A stretch of DNA of 32,000 bases, from assembly GCF_000025505.1 (NCBI RefSeq), contig NC_013849.1, forward strand, positions 1,500,001 through 1,532,000, read 5' to 3'. Below the pieces are notes generated by a model, which searched no databases, was not told where the DNA came from, and was given only the letters and a program-made list of their open reading frames with translations. The translations under genes were made by a program, and so were the position numbers. The stretch comes from Ferroglobus placidus DSM 10642. GTDB taxonomy: Archaea > Halobacteriota > Archaeoglobi > Archaeoglobales > Archaeoglobaceae. This document shows positions 17,349-24,943 of the stretch, in pieces (positions within the stretch are counted from its first letter, which is position 1; each line of letters starts with the position of its first letter).

Positions 17349-18298
17349 TGTTTTGCGTTGAATCGAAAGTAGTTGAGATCGGTGGAATCAAGATTGGGGG
17401 GAAGGGGGAAAATCCGGTAGTCTTAGTGGGAACGATGTTTTACACCGGACACAAGATAGTGGAGAAAAGGAAGGAAGGGAAGTTCGACAGGAAAAAGGCT
17501 GAGGAGCTGATAAACATGCAGGAAACTCTGAGCGAAGAAACCGGGATTCCGTCCATGCTCGATATAGTCGCTCTGTCCGAGGAAGAGTTTAAGAAGTACA
17601 TAGATTTCGTGGCTGAAGTGACGGAAATGCCGTTCATGATAGATGCTTGGAAAATTCCACCAAAGATAGGGGCTGCTAAATACGTGAAGGAAATAGGTCT
17701 GGAGGATAGAGTAGTTTACAACTCCTTATCTCCTTGGAGCGAGGATTTGGAGAAGGAGGTTAACGAACTTAGAGAAATTGGGCTGAAGCACGGTTTGACA
17801 GTTGCATACAACATGAACGATCCGAGTGTTGAGGGGAGGATAAGAATTCTAAAGGAGACGCTCCTCCCAGCTTTGGAAAAAGCCGGATTCGAAAACATTC
17901 TCATTGACACATCCGTTTTGAACACTCCTTCGATAGCTCTTTCTCTCTTAGCCTGTAAAAAGATTAAGGAGGTGTTCGGACATCCGGTTGGTTGCGCCCC
18001 TTCAAACGGCACGGATGTTTGGAAGTATCCGAGGGAAAAGTGGGGCAAACTCGGTTTCGCAGCTGTAGATAGCGCAGCTCATGCGATAACAGCTTTGCTA
18101 TGGAACGACTTCATACTCTACGGAGCGATAGAAAATGCGAAGTGGGTTTTCCCAGCTGTAGCAACAGCCAACTCAATTCTGGCGACCTTCATATACGATG
18201 AAGTTGGCAAACTGCCTGAAGGAGAGCATCCGCTGAACAAACTCTTCCCCGAGTTTGTGGAGCAGCTAGGGGCAGTAAAATGTGGAAATCGATCATAA
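17348..18298 (+). CDS. mtoA: MtrH-family methyl-corrinoid:tetrahydromethanopterin methyltransferase (MtoA type)
   Basis: Near-collinear with recalled MtrH: IGG..GE.P, GTMFYTGHKIVE, AEELIN.Q, YIDFVAEV, YNS, DPSVEG, IDTSV, GHPVG, ILYGAIENA..FPAVA. TAATG overlap with mtoD. Confidence 0.85.
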   Translation: MFCVESKVVEIGGIKIGGKGENPVVLVGTMFYTGHKIVEKRKEGKFDRKKAEELINMQETLSEETGIPSMLDIVALSEEEFKKYIDFVAEVTEMPFMIDAWKIPPKIGAAKYVKEIGLEDRVVYNSLSPWSEDLEKEVNELREIGLKHGLTVAYNMNDPSVEGRIRILKETLLPALEKAGFENILIDTSVLNTPSIALSLLACKKIKEVFGHPVGCAPSNGTDVWKYPREKWGKLGFAAVDSAAHAITALLWNDFILYGAIENAKWVFPAVATANSILATFIYDEVGKLPEGEHPLNKLFPEFVEQLGAVKCGNRS

Positions 18299-19284
18299 TC
18301 TTTCTATTTTTAGCTGTAGCAATCATCATTTCAGGTTGTGCGGAGGAAAAATCCGTAAAGCTCGTTAAGCTTTCCCCTCCAGACATGCTTGAACAGATAA
18401 AAATAGGGAAGATAGACGCTTTTATAGCCTGGGAGCCTTTTCCGAGTAAAGCTGTCAAAAGCGGGCAGAAGATTTTGATGTATTCCGGAGACATATGGAA
18501 AAATCACCCGTGCTGCGTTGTTGCTTACAAGGTTGGAAATGCTGACGAAAAAATGCTTGAAGCTTTGGTCTGGGCTCACGTAAAGGCGACGAGATTCATA
18601 AACGATGAGAAAAATCGGAATAAAGTGGTTATCTACGCTTCCCAATTCACAGGGCTGGATGAAGAGACGGTAAAGATGGCTTTAAAGAATATAAAGTACG
18701 TGGAGTATCCGGATGGGAAGGAGTTCAGGCATTACTACGAGTTTTTGAAGGAGGCAGCAATTCTGAAGAAATCTATCGAAGACTTGGGATACAAAAGCGA
18801 GGAAGAGTTTTTCGAGAAGTTTTTGAGGAAAGACGTTTACGAAAAAGTTGTTACTAAACTTGAGGAAAACCCGAATTACGTTCCGGAAAAAGCTGGAAAA
18901 ATTAGACTCGGATACATAACAGCCGATCTACACCATCTCGCCTTGTACGTCGCTTTGAAAGAAGGGTACTTTGACAAAGTTTTTGAGAAAGTTGATTTAA
19001 AGCAGTATCCCAACGGAGTTGCGATAATGGAAGCTTTTAAACTCGGAGAGCTTGATGCAGCTTATCTTGGTGGTGCTCCTGCAACTTTGAAGAGGATAAA
19101 CGATGGAATAGAAATTTCAATAGTTGCCGGAGTTAACAACGAAGGCTCTGCTTTAGTTGTGAGAGAGGGAATAAACTCGCCAAAGGATTTAGCTGGGAAA
19201 ACTGTAGCGATTCCGGGATTTGGAACTGTCCAAGACTTCCTAATGAGAAAAGTCCTAAGGGAGGGAGGGTTGAAGGGAAGTTGA
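18280..19284 (+). CDS. ABC transporter substrate-binding lipoprotein, NMT1/SsuA (nitrate/sulfonate/bicarbonate) family, circularly permuted
   Basis: Signal peptide plus lipobox-like IIISGC. aa 207-334 (IRLGY...DLAGKTVAIPGFGTVQDFLMRKVLREGGL) match the SsuA N-terminal half. aa 25-85 (VKLSPPDMLEQIKIGKIDAFIAWEPF...HPCCVV) match the SsuA C-terminal half. The start overlaps mtoA by 19 nt. Confidence 0.75.
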   Translation: MWKSIIIFLFLAVAIIISGCAEEKSVKLVKLSPPDMLEQIKIGKIDAFIAWEPFPSKAVKSGQKILMYSGDIWKNHPCCVVAYKVGNADEKMLEALVWAHVKATRFINDEKNRNKVVIYASQFTGLDEETVKMALKNIKYVEYPDGKEFRHYYEFLKEAAILKKSIEDLGYKSEEEFFEKFLRKDVYEKVVTKLEENPNYVPEKAGKIRLGYITADLHHLALYVALKEGYFDKVFEKVDLKQYPNGVAIMEAFKLGELDAAYLGGAPATLKRINDGIEISIVAGVNNEGSALVVREGINSPKDLAGKTVAIPGFGTVQDFLMRKVLREGGLKGS

Positions 19285-20042
19285 ACCAGAAAATTTATTC
19301 CGCTCTCCTCTTCATCTCTCTCTGGTACCTCTTATATTTTCTGAACGTTCTTCCAGCCTTTCACGTAGTTGTCGTAACTTTTTTAGAGCTTGTTGTTGAA
19401 GCGGAGCCTGTTCTTGGAAAGACTCTCCTTCAGCATGCAGCTTCGAGCCTATTAAGAGTTTTAGCTGGAGCAACAGTAGCTTTTTCCCTCTCAATCCCCC
19501 TCGGAATTTTGATGTGGTTTTCGAGGACATACAATCTCTTACATCCAGCTATAGAGGTTCTAAGACCAATTCCCCCTCTTGCATGGATCCCCCTCTCTTA
19601 CATTCTCTTCGCCTCATTCCCCAACCCAACGGTTTTCGCTCAAATTTTTATCGTAGCTGTCGGAGCTTTCTTTCCAAGCTTCGTAACGATTTCCGATTAC
19701 GTCAGAGGGATTCCTCAGGAGTTCATCGAATTGGCGAAAGTTTTTGGTGCGAGAAACTTTGATTTGTTAACGAAAATAGTTCTTCCTTATTCCCTCCCCG
19801 GGATAATCACCGGTATTAGGGTTGGACTCGGGGTTGGATGGATGAGCATAATCGCTGCCGAGATGATTGCTTCCTCAGGCTCTGGTTTAGGATATTTCAT
19901 TCTCGTCATGTACGAAGTCGGAGGGAGAATGCCGGAAATACTTGCTGGAATGGCTATGATCGGTCTTATAGGATATTTGATGAATACTCTTCTTTTTAAA
20001 CTGGAGGAAAGATTTCCATGGCGCTTGAAATCAGAAACGTGA
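19281..20042 (+). CDS. ABC transporter permease (SsuC/TauC-type, BPD_transp_1)
   Basis: Six predicted TM segments. EAA-loop-like ELAKVFGARNFDLLTKIVLPYSLPGIITGIRVGLGVGW. TTGA start/stop overlap with the binding-protein gene. Confidence 0.85.
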   Translation: MNQKIYSALLFISLWYLLYFLNVLPAFHVVVVTFLELVVEAEPVLGKTLLQHAASSLLRVLAGATVAFSLSIPLGILMWFSRTYNLLHPAIEVLRPIPPLAWIPLSYILFASFPNPTVFAQIFIVAVGAFFPSFVTISDYVRGIPQEFIELAKVFGARNFDLLTKIVLPYSLPGIITGIRVGLGVGWMSIIAAEMIASSGSGLGYFILVMYEVGGRMPEILAGMAMIGLIGYLMNTLLFKLEERFPWRLKSET

Positions 20043-20761
20043 AGAAGAGTTTTGGAGATTTAAAAGTTCTCGACGGAGTGAGCTTTGAAGTAGAGAAAGG
20101 CGAGTTCGCTTGTATTGTAGGGGAGTCCGGATGCGGAAAAACAACTCTGCTTAAGATAGTGGCTGGACTTGTTAAAGCAGATGAGGGAGAAGTTTTATAC
20201 GATGGGAGAGAGCTGAAAACGGAAGACATAGCTTTCGTTTTTCAGGACGATCGTCTTTTGCCTTGGAGAACCGCCTTAGAAAACGTGATGTTTTCCTTGG
20301 AGATGAGAATGCGAGAGCTGGATAAGAAGCGGAGGGAAGAGATAGCAAAGAGTTTCCTTGAACTCGTGGGATTGAAAGGATTCGAAAACTACTACCCCCA
20401 CCAGCTCAGCGGAGGAATGAGGCAGCGAGTCGGAATTTGTCGAGCTTTAGCGGTAAATCCTAAAGTGCTGCTCATGGATGAACCCTTTGCAAGTCTCGAC
20501 GCTCAGACGAGGAACAGGATGCAACTCGAACTTCTGAGGATTTGGGAAAGGGAAAGAAAAACTATTCTTTTCGTAACCCACAGCGTTGACGAGGCTGTTT
20601 TCTTGGCAGATAAAGTCGTCGTTCTTTCTCCACGCCCGACAAAAGTCCTGAAAGTTTTGGAAATTAATCTGGAGAGACCGAGGGACAGGACTTCTCCAGA
20701 GTTCATAGGATACAGAAGAGAAATTATAAACTTTCTTCAGGGGTCTTCTTTCTTAATTTGA
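20018..20761 (+). CDS. ABC transporter ATP-binding protein (SsuB/TauB-type)
   Basis: Walker A GESGCGKTT, Q-loop FQDDRLLPW, signature LSGGMRQRV, Walker B LLMDEPFASLD and H-loop FVTHS. GGAGG RBS at 20003-20007. Confidence 0.92.
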   Translation: MALEIRNVKKSFGDLKVLDGVSFEVEKGEFACIVGESGCGKTTLLKIVAGLVKADEGEVLYDGRELKTEDIAFVFQDDRLLPWRTALENVMFSLEMRMRELDKKRREEIAKSFLELVGLKGFENYYPHQLSGGMRQRVGICRALAVNPKVLLMDEPFASLDAQTRNRMQLELLRIWERERKTILFVTHSVDEAVFLADKVVVLSPRPTKVLKVLEINLERPRDRTSPEFIGYRREIINFLQGSSFLI

Positions 20762-21246
20762 ACAACGTTATACTTACCCTTAAGCTCGTAAAGAGTGAGC
20801 AAATAAAGAAGGCAGCTGAGCTTGTTTAACCACTCCACAAGATTTATCCCAACTTTTCCTTCGTCGTTCAACCTTACAGCCCATCTCTCAGCTCTTCTTA
20901 CAACGGCTCTCGCAACGCTTAAATAAGCTGTAATTTCGTCCTGCTCTAAAATTATAAACTTGTCAGGTTGCTCGACTTTCCTACCAACCTCTCTTATAAT
21001 CTCTTCAAGCTCCTCAACGTCCTTTCTCGTGATCATTTCTTTCCCAGAGATCATCTCCGCTCCTACGTTGAACATCTTTCTCTGAACTTTTTCAAGAATT
21101 TCTCTCGTTAAACCTTCCGACTTTACCTTTGCTAAACCTATGAAAGCGTTAGCCTCATCCACACTACCGACTCCCCAGATTTCATCGCTGTCCTTGGAAA
21201 TTAGCCCACTTCTCAGACTGGAAGTCAGTCTTACATCTTTTTTCAT
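20737..21246 (-). CDS. PduO-type ATP:cob(I)alamin adenosyltransferase-like protein (COG2096) with a degenerate N-terminal ATP motif
   Basis: GVGSVDEANAFIGLA (compare EAYGxxDELNxxIG), QRKMFNVGAE and ARAVVRRAERW resemble the PduO/MMAB helical bundle. GGAGG sits 5 nt before ATG 21246. The ORF track permits 21291. 25-nt convergent overlap with the ATPase gene. Confidence 0.55.
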   Translation of the reverse strand: MKKDVRLTSSLRSGLISKDSDEIWGVGSVDEANAFIGLAKVKSEGLTREILEKVQRKMFNVGAEMISGKEMITRKDVEELEEIIREVGRKVEQPDKFIILEQDEITAYLSVARAVVRRAERWAVRLNDEGKVGINLVEWLNKLSCLLYLLTLYELKGKYNVVQIKKEDP

Positions 21247-21376
21247 CTCAGCCTCCCTCTTTTTAATCAAGCACGCCATTAAATTATTCAAGTTTTCTTG
21301 ATTTTAATAAACTTTCTTGGTTGTGAGGTGAAGATTGAATCGGGTGACGTTTCGTCACATTTCCCTCAGTTTTTAC

Positions 21377-21919
21377 TTAATCTTCCTCGCACCAATTTTT
21401 GAGCTTTTCGAAATCTTTCTGATAGTCAACGTTACCTTCTTCGAGCATATTTCTCAGCCAAGGACTTGTGTAAATCTTGTACGTTTTCCCAAATTTCTCT
21501 CTGACGATCAAGTTTTTCTCTTCAAGTTTCTTGATTATCATCGAGATCTTGGATTGGGAAAAACCAGTCTTGAAGTGGAGGGAATCCTGGGTTATTCCTT
21601 CATTTTCGAGAACGAGTTTTATTATCTTGAACTCATCTTCCTCAAGCAAATTTCTGATTAAATCGAGTATTTTTCCGTTCTGATTCTTCTCAGCTAATTT
21701 ACTTCCCGATTCGACAATTTCACTCTTTTCCTCACTTAAAACAACAGCTAAAACTAAAATAATAACCGCTGCAAAGAAAAAGTAGCTGTTAAACCCGTAA
21801 AAGGCTCCGAAGCACGTGTTTGGATACGGATTCGCCACGATGGGGTTGAAAAAGGAGACAAGTAAAAGGACTATTCCAAGCAAGAGCAAGAGATTTTTTA
21901 AAGTTGCGAGCTTAGACAT
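21377..21919 (-). CDS. Membrane-anchored winged-helix (MarR/ArsR-like) transcriptional regulator
   Basis: Two N-terminal hydrophobic helices (LLLLLGIVLLLVSFF, YFFFAAVIILVLAVVL). They are followed by EDEFKIIKLVLENEGITQDSLHFKTGFSQSKISMIIKKLEEKNLIVREKFGKTYKIY, a wHTH pattern. Confidence 0.6.
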   Translation of the reverse strand: MSKLATLKNLLLLLGIVLLLVSFFNPIVANPYPNTCFGAFYGFNSYFFFAAVIILVLAVVLSEEKSEIVESGSKLAEKNQNGKILDLIRNLLEEDEFKIIKLVLENEGITQDSLHFKTGFSQSKISMIIKKLEEKNLIVREKFGKTYKIYTSPWLRNMLEEGNVDYQKDFEKLKNWCEED

Positions 21920-22024
21920 ATAAATTCACTAAGCTTTTCACCACTTATAAAATTTCGTCGGTTTGTTCACTTCTTGCAAAAACGCAGCGAATACAATTAT
22001 ATGTTCCTTTCCGTTGATTCTTTC

Positions 22025-22330
22025 ATGAAAGTTATCATTACCGACCAACCGTGCGGCTATAAAAGTGAGGTAATAGCGAAAAAAATCGATAAAAGCGTGA
22101 AAATTGAGATAATTTCCGAATGCGAGGACGTTCGTAAATTTGGAGAAGAACTGCCGATTTTAAGTGCAAAAGACGTTCTTACAAGAATTCCAGAAAATAT
22201 CGTTTACAAAAAAGCTAATTTAAAGCACTCCACCTGCATAATTCCCTGGGTCGTTTTAAAAGCTGCGGAAATTGAGCTTGGACTCAACGTTAAAAGGTTG
22301 CCAAGAATAAAGTTTGAGGACGACTTTTGA
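22025..22330 (+). CDS. Small hypothetical Cys-containing protein
   Basis: 101 codons from ATG 22025, which lies about 27 nt after the TATA-like acaattatat (21993-22002). The ORF track allows TTG 21974. No family recognised. Confidence 0.4.
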   Translation: MKVIITDQPCGYKSEVIAKKIDKSVKIEIISECEDVRKFGEELPILSAKDVLTRIPENIVYKKANLKHSTCIIPWVVLKAAEIELGLNVKRLPRIKFEDDF

Positions 22331-22385
22331 TCATTGTCCAAAAAATTTTGATATGGCTATACATTCGTACATGTTTTTGATCATT
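22325..22385. repeat. Two copies of TTTTGATCATT spaced exactly 50 bp apart
   Basis: Copies at 22325-22335 and 22375-22385. Each contains the palindrome TGATCA. Located in the 119-bp intergenic region upstream of the TusA-like gene. Confidence 0.5.
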
Positions 22386-22410
22386 TTTTAGGATTACATC
22401 CAGAAGAGAC

Positions 22411-22431
22411 CGAAATGTTTATATTGTTTCG
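22411..22431 (+). promoter_or_regulatory. TATA box (TTTATATT, 22418-22425) bracketed by the inverted repeat CGAAA-N11-TTTCG
   Basis: Read directly. The TATA box ends 25 nt upstream of ATG 22450, which suggests a leaderless or near-leaderless mRNA. Confidence 0.45.
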
Positions 22432-22449
22432 AATCTGTAATTATTCTCA

Positions 22450-22668
22450 ATGACAGTTATCGACCTTAGAGGCTTAACGTGCCCCGAGCCAATAATTAAG
22501 CTCAGACAAGAAATGAGCAAATTCAAACCGGGAGATGTAGTAGAAGTTCTAACCACAGACCCAGGAACGATGATCGACATTCCGATATGGGCAGGAAATT
22601 CTGGTATTGTGGTTTTAGAGTGTAGGAGAGAAGGAGACCACATCAAATTCGTTTTAAAGAAAATTTAA
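22450..22668 (+). CDS. TusA/SirA-family sulfur-carrier protein
   Basis: 72 aa with DLRGLTCPEPIIKLRQ (the family CPxP motif) and the two-layer alpha/beta length typical of TusA. Confidence 0.85.
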   Translation: MTVIDLRGLTCPEPIIKLRQEMSKFKPGDVVEVLTTDPGTMIDIPIWAGNSGIVVLECRREGDHIKFVLKKI

Positions 22669-22786
22669 AGCGTTTAATGGCGTTAAAATCTTCCCAGAAT
22701 TTATTATGGTTCAAATTTTGGATAATATCTAAATAAATTCGAGAAAATTGATACTGAAGTATAATACATCTCGGGATTGTTGAGAG

Positions 22787-22800
22787 AAAAGTTTAAATAT
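22787..22800 (+). promoter_or_regulatory. BRE/TATA promoter of the CMD / methyltransferase-2 unit
   Basis: AAAAGTTTAAATAT, identical to 13662-13675. Followed by the GGAGGTGA RBS (22830-22837) and ATG 22842. Confidence 0.5.
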
Positions 22801-22841
22801 AGTTATTAAAAATTATAATTGTTTATTGTGGAGGTGAGAGT

Positions 22842-23261
22842 ATGGGAAACAAGGAGTGTGAAGAATACGTCAAAGAAAGAATGAAACTGATGCCAAGATT
22901 TTTGAAGACCGTCTGTGAGGTTTGGCCGGAAGCTGCTAAAAAGTTTGCAGATTTCTATGAGGTAATCTGGAGGGATGGGGCTTTAGATAGAAAGACCAAG
23001 GAGTTAATTTTCACTGCCATAGGAGTAGCGACTGCCTCTCCAAGATGTATTGTTCATGTAATTGCCGCTGTTGAAGCTGGTGCTACTGATGAGGAAATTC
23101 TCGAAGCCGTCACTGTAGGATTCATCGGAGCTGGCTTCTATCCAAACAATCCGGGAATTCCGTACGCTTTCGAATACGCTGTAAAAGCGATTGAAGTTGC
23201 TCAGAAGTATAGAAGAGGAGAAGATTGGGAATACTTAAAACCGCCGGAGTTCAGAGGATAA
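22842..23261 (+). CDS. Carboxymuconolactone decarboxylase (CMD/AhpD-like) family protein
   Basis: KTKELIFTAIGVATASPRCIVHVIAAVEAGATDEEILEAV matches the CMD helix pair. The usual CxxC position reads SPRC. Confidence 0.7.
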   Translation: MGNKECEEYVKERMKLMPRFLKTVCEVWPEAAKKFADFYEVIWRDGALDRKTKELIFTAIGVATASPRCIVHVIAAVEAGATDEEILEAVTVGFIGAGFYPNNPGIPYAFEYAVKAIEVAQKYRRGEDWEYLKPPEFRG

Positions 23262-23311
23262 CTTTCTATTTTTTCAGTTTTACAATTTTTGTGTTGCTTT
23301 GGGGTGAAAAA

Positions 23312-24343
23312 ATGCGTCCGAAAGACATTCTCCTTGAAGCTTTTGAATTAGGAGTTCCGGAAAGAGTTCCTGCGGTAATTTTTGGAGGAGGTATGTGGAC
23401 GATTAAAAATTCTGGCAAGGATTTCCTTTACTATATTGGCAAGCCGAAGGAGTATGCGGAGCTTATAGTTAAAACAGCAGACATTCTGCAGTCGGACATG
23501 GTTTACCCTGGCTCGGGATACAACAACTTTCTGGCTGCTGCGATAGGTGGAAAGATTAAGGTTAGGCACATAGGTGCTCCCGATTTGGAGGGACCAATTA
23601 TAAACTCTCCGGAGGACCTTGAAGCTTTGGAAATTGACAAAATTTATGAAAACGAAGCTCTTCAAACTATTTGGAAAGCTTCCGAGATTGTTTACAACGA
23701 GATTGGGGATAAATATTTAGTCGGGACGACTTCCTGGGGTCCTTTCACGAAAGCCGGAAATTTGAGAGGTGTAGAGCAGCTCATGAGGGACATCTACAAG
23801 AACAAGGAATTTGCTAAAAAAGTGATAGAGTTCGCCAAAGACCTCATAATGGCTTTTTACGAGCCAGTAGTTAAGGATGCGGGGTTAGAGGCTGTGAGCA
23901 TAGCAGACCCGACGGCAAGTGGAGATTTGATATCGAGGAGGCACTTTTTAGAGTTCGCATTACCACCTTTAAAGGAACTGATAGACGAGATGAAAAAGCG
24001 TAAAATAGCTGTGTTTTTACACATTTGCGGAGATACGAGCGATAAGTTGAGGGAGATAGCGGAAAGCAAAGCCAGCTGCTTCAGCTTGGATCACAAAGTA
24101 GATCTCGGTTATGCCAAGAGCACGCTTAAGAGTGTTATATGTATAGCCGGCAACGTCGATCCAGTTTCGGTTTTAAACGACGGCACTCCAGAATATGTAG
24201 AGGAAGTGTCAAATAAGTGCATTCACATTGCTGCTGAAGGTGGCGGCTACGTCCTATGCCCGGGATGTGATATCCCTCCAACAGTTCCCCTTGAAAACAT
24301 TCAGGCTTTTATAAGAGCTGCAAGAAAAACCAAGCTCAGATAA
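23312..24343 (+). CDS. UroD/MtaA-family methyltransferase, paralogue 2 (no adjacent corrinoid protein)
   Basis: FLHICGDTSD, AGNVDP and LCPGCDIPP are the same Zn and fold motifs as 13707..14732. ATG 23312 is preceded by GGGGTGA. The ORF track start at 23225 would add a hydrophobic, non-homologous extension. Confidence 0.8.
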   Translation: MRPKDILLEAFELGVPERVPAVIFGGGMWTIKNSGKDFLYYIGKPKEYAELIVKTADILQSDMVYPGSGYNNFLAAAIGGKIKVRHIGAPDLEGPIINSPEDLEALEIDKIYENEALQTIWKASEIVYNEIGDKYLVGTTSWGPFTKAGNLRGVEQLMRDIYKNKEFAKKVIEFAKDLIMAFYEPVVKDAGLEAVSIADPTASGDLISRRHFLEFALPPLKELIDEMKKRKIAVFLHICGDTSDKLREIAESKASCFSLDHKVDLGYAKSTLKSVICIAGNVDPVSVLNDGTPEYVEEVSNKCIHIAAEGGGYVLCPGCDIPPTVPLENIQAFIRAARKTKLR

Positions 24344-24409
24344 CTATTTTTTATTTTTCATTTGATTACAAGCCAACTTTTATAAACGAGTTGTTAACTA
24401 TAATTAATT

Positions 24410-24943
24410 ATGAGCGAAATAAACGGCGTTGATGTGGAATATTTAAAGCAGTTAGTGGAGACTGTGAAGAAGCATCCGGAGCTCGGCAGAACTCTCTGGA
24501 GAGCAAGATCTAAATGGAAAGACGGTTTCAAAGTTGAAGTGAACATAAGGGACTTCACAATCAGAATGGATGAACCAAAAGATCTCGGAGGCACCAATAC
24601 AGCTCCAAACATGGTGGAATTCGTATTAGGAGCTTTAGGAGCTTGCCTTGTTGTTGGTTATGTTATGAACGCAGCGATTAGAGGAATAGAGCTCGATAAA
24701 GTTGAAATAGATGTAGAGGGAGACATCGACCTTCCCGGCTTTTTTGGCTTGGAGTCTCCGGAAAAGGTCTCTCCGGGATTTACAAACATCAGAGCAAGGG
24801 TATTCCTTAAAACGAAAAAACCCGTAAGTAAAGAGGAGCTTAAAGAGCTTCACGAAACAGTTGTGAAAACCTCACCTGTCGGAAACACGCTGATGAAGCC
24901 TGTTAATCTGGAAGTAAAATTGGAGGAAAGGAGAACTGTTTAA
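24410..24943 (+). CDS. OsmC/Ohr-family protein (single-Cys variant)
   Basis: GGTNTAPNMVEFVLGALGACLVVG is the OsmC core. The second conserved Cys (CP) position reads TSPV. TATA TTTTATAAA (24378-24386) ends 24 nt before the ATG. Confidence 0.8.
   Translation: MSEINGVDVEYLKQLVETVKKHPELGRTLWRARSKWKDGFKVEVNIRDFTIRMDEPKDLGGTNTAPNMVEFVLGALGACLVVGYVMNAAIRGIELDKVEIDVEGDIDLPGFFGLESPEKVSPGFTNIRARVFLKTKKPVSKEELKELHETVVKTSPVGNTLMKPVNLEVKLEERRTV

Noticed and set aside
21335-21661. 108-aa plus-strand ORF opposite the membrane-anchored regulator gene
   Set aside because: The minus-strand reading gives a coherent TM plus wHTH architecture. The plus-strand product is F/L/I-rich with no recognisable domain.
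13662-22800. The identical 14-mer AAAAGTTTAAATAT at two methyltransferase promoters, considered as evidence for a specific shared regulator
   Set aside because: The sequence is essentially the generic archaeal BRE/TATA consensus. A handful of 14-mer matches are expected by chance in 32 kb of AT-biased DNA. It is kept only as a promoter annotation, not as a regulon signal.
23225-23311. The N-terminal extension (MGILKTAGVQRITFYFFSFTIFVLLWGEK) of methyltransferase paralogue 2 suggested by the ORF track
   Set aside because: It overlaps the end of the CMD gene region and has no counterpart in the paralogues. The internal ATG at 23312 has a GGGGTGA RBS. This is a likely upstream extension artefact.
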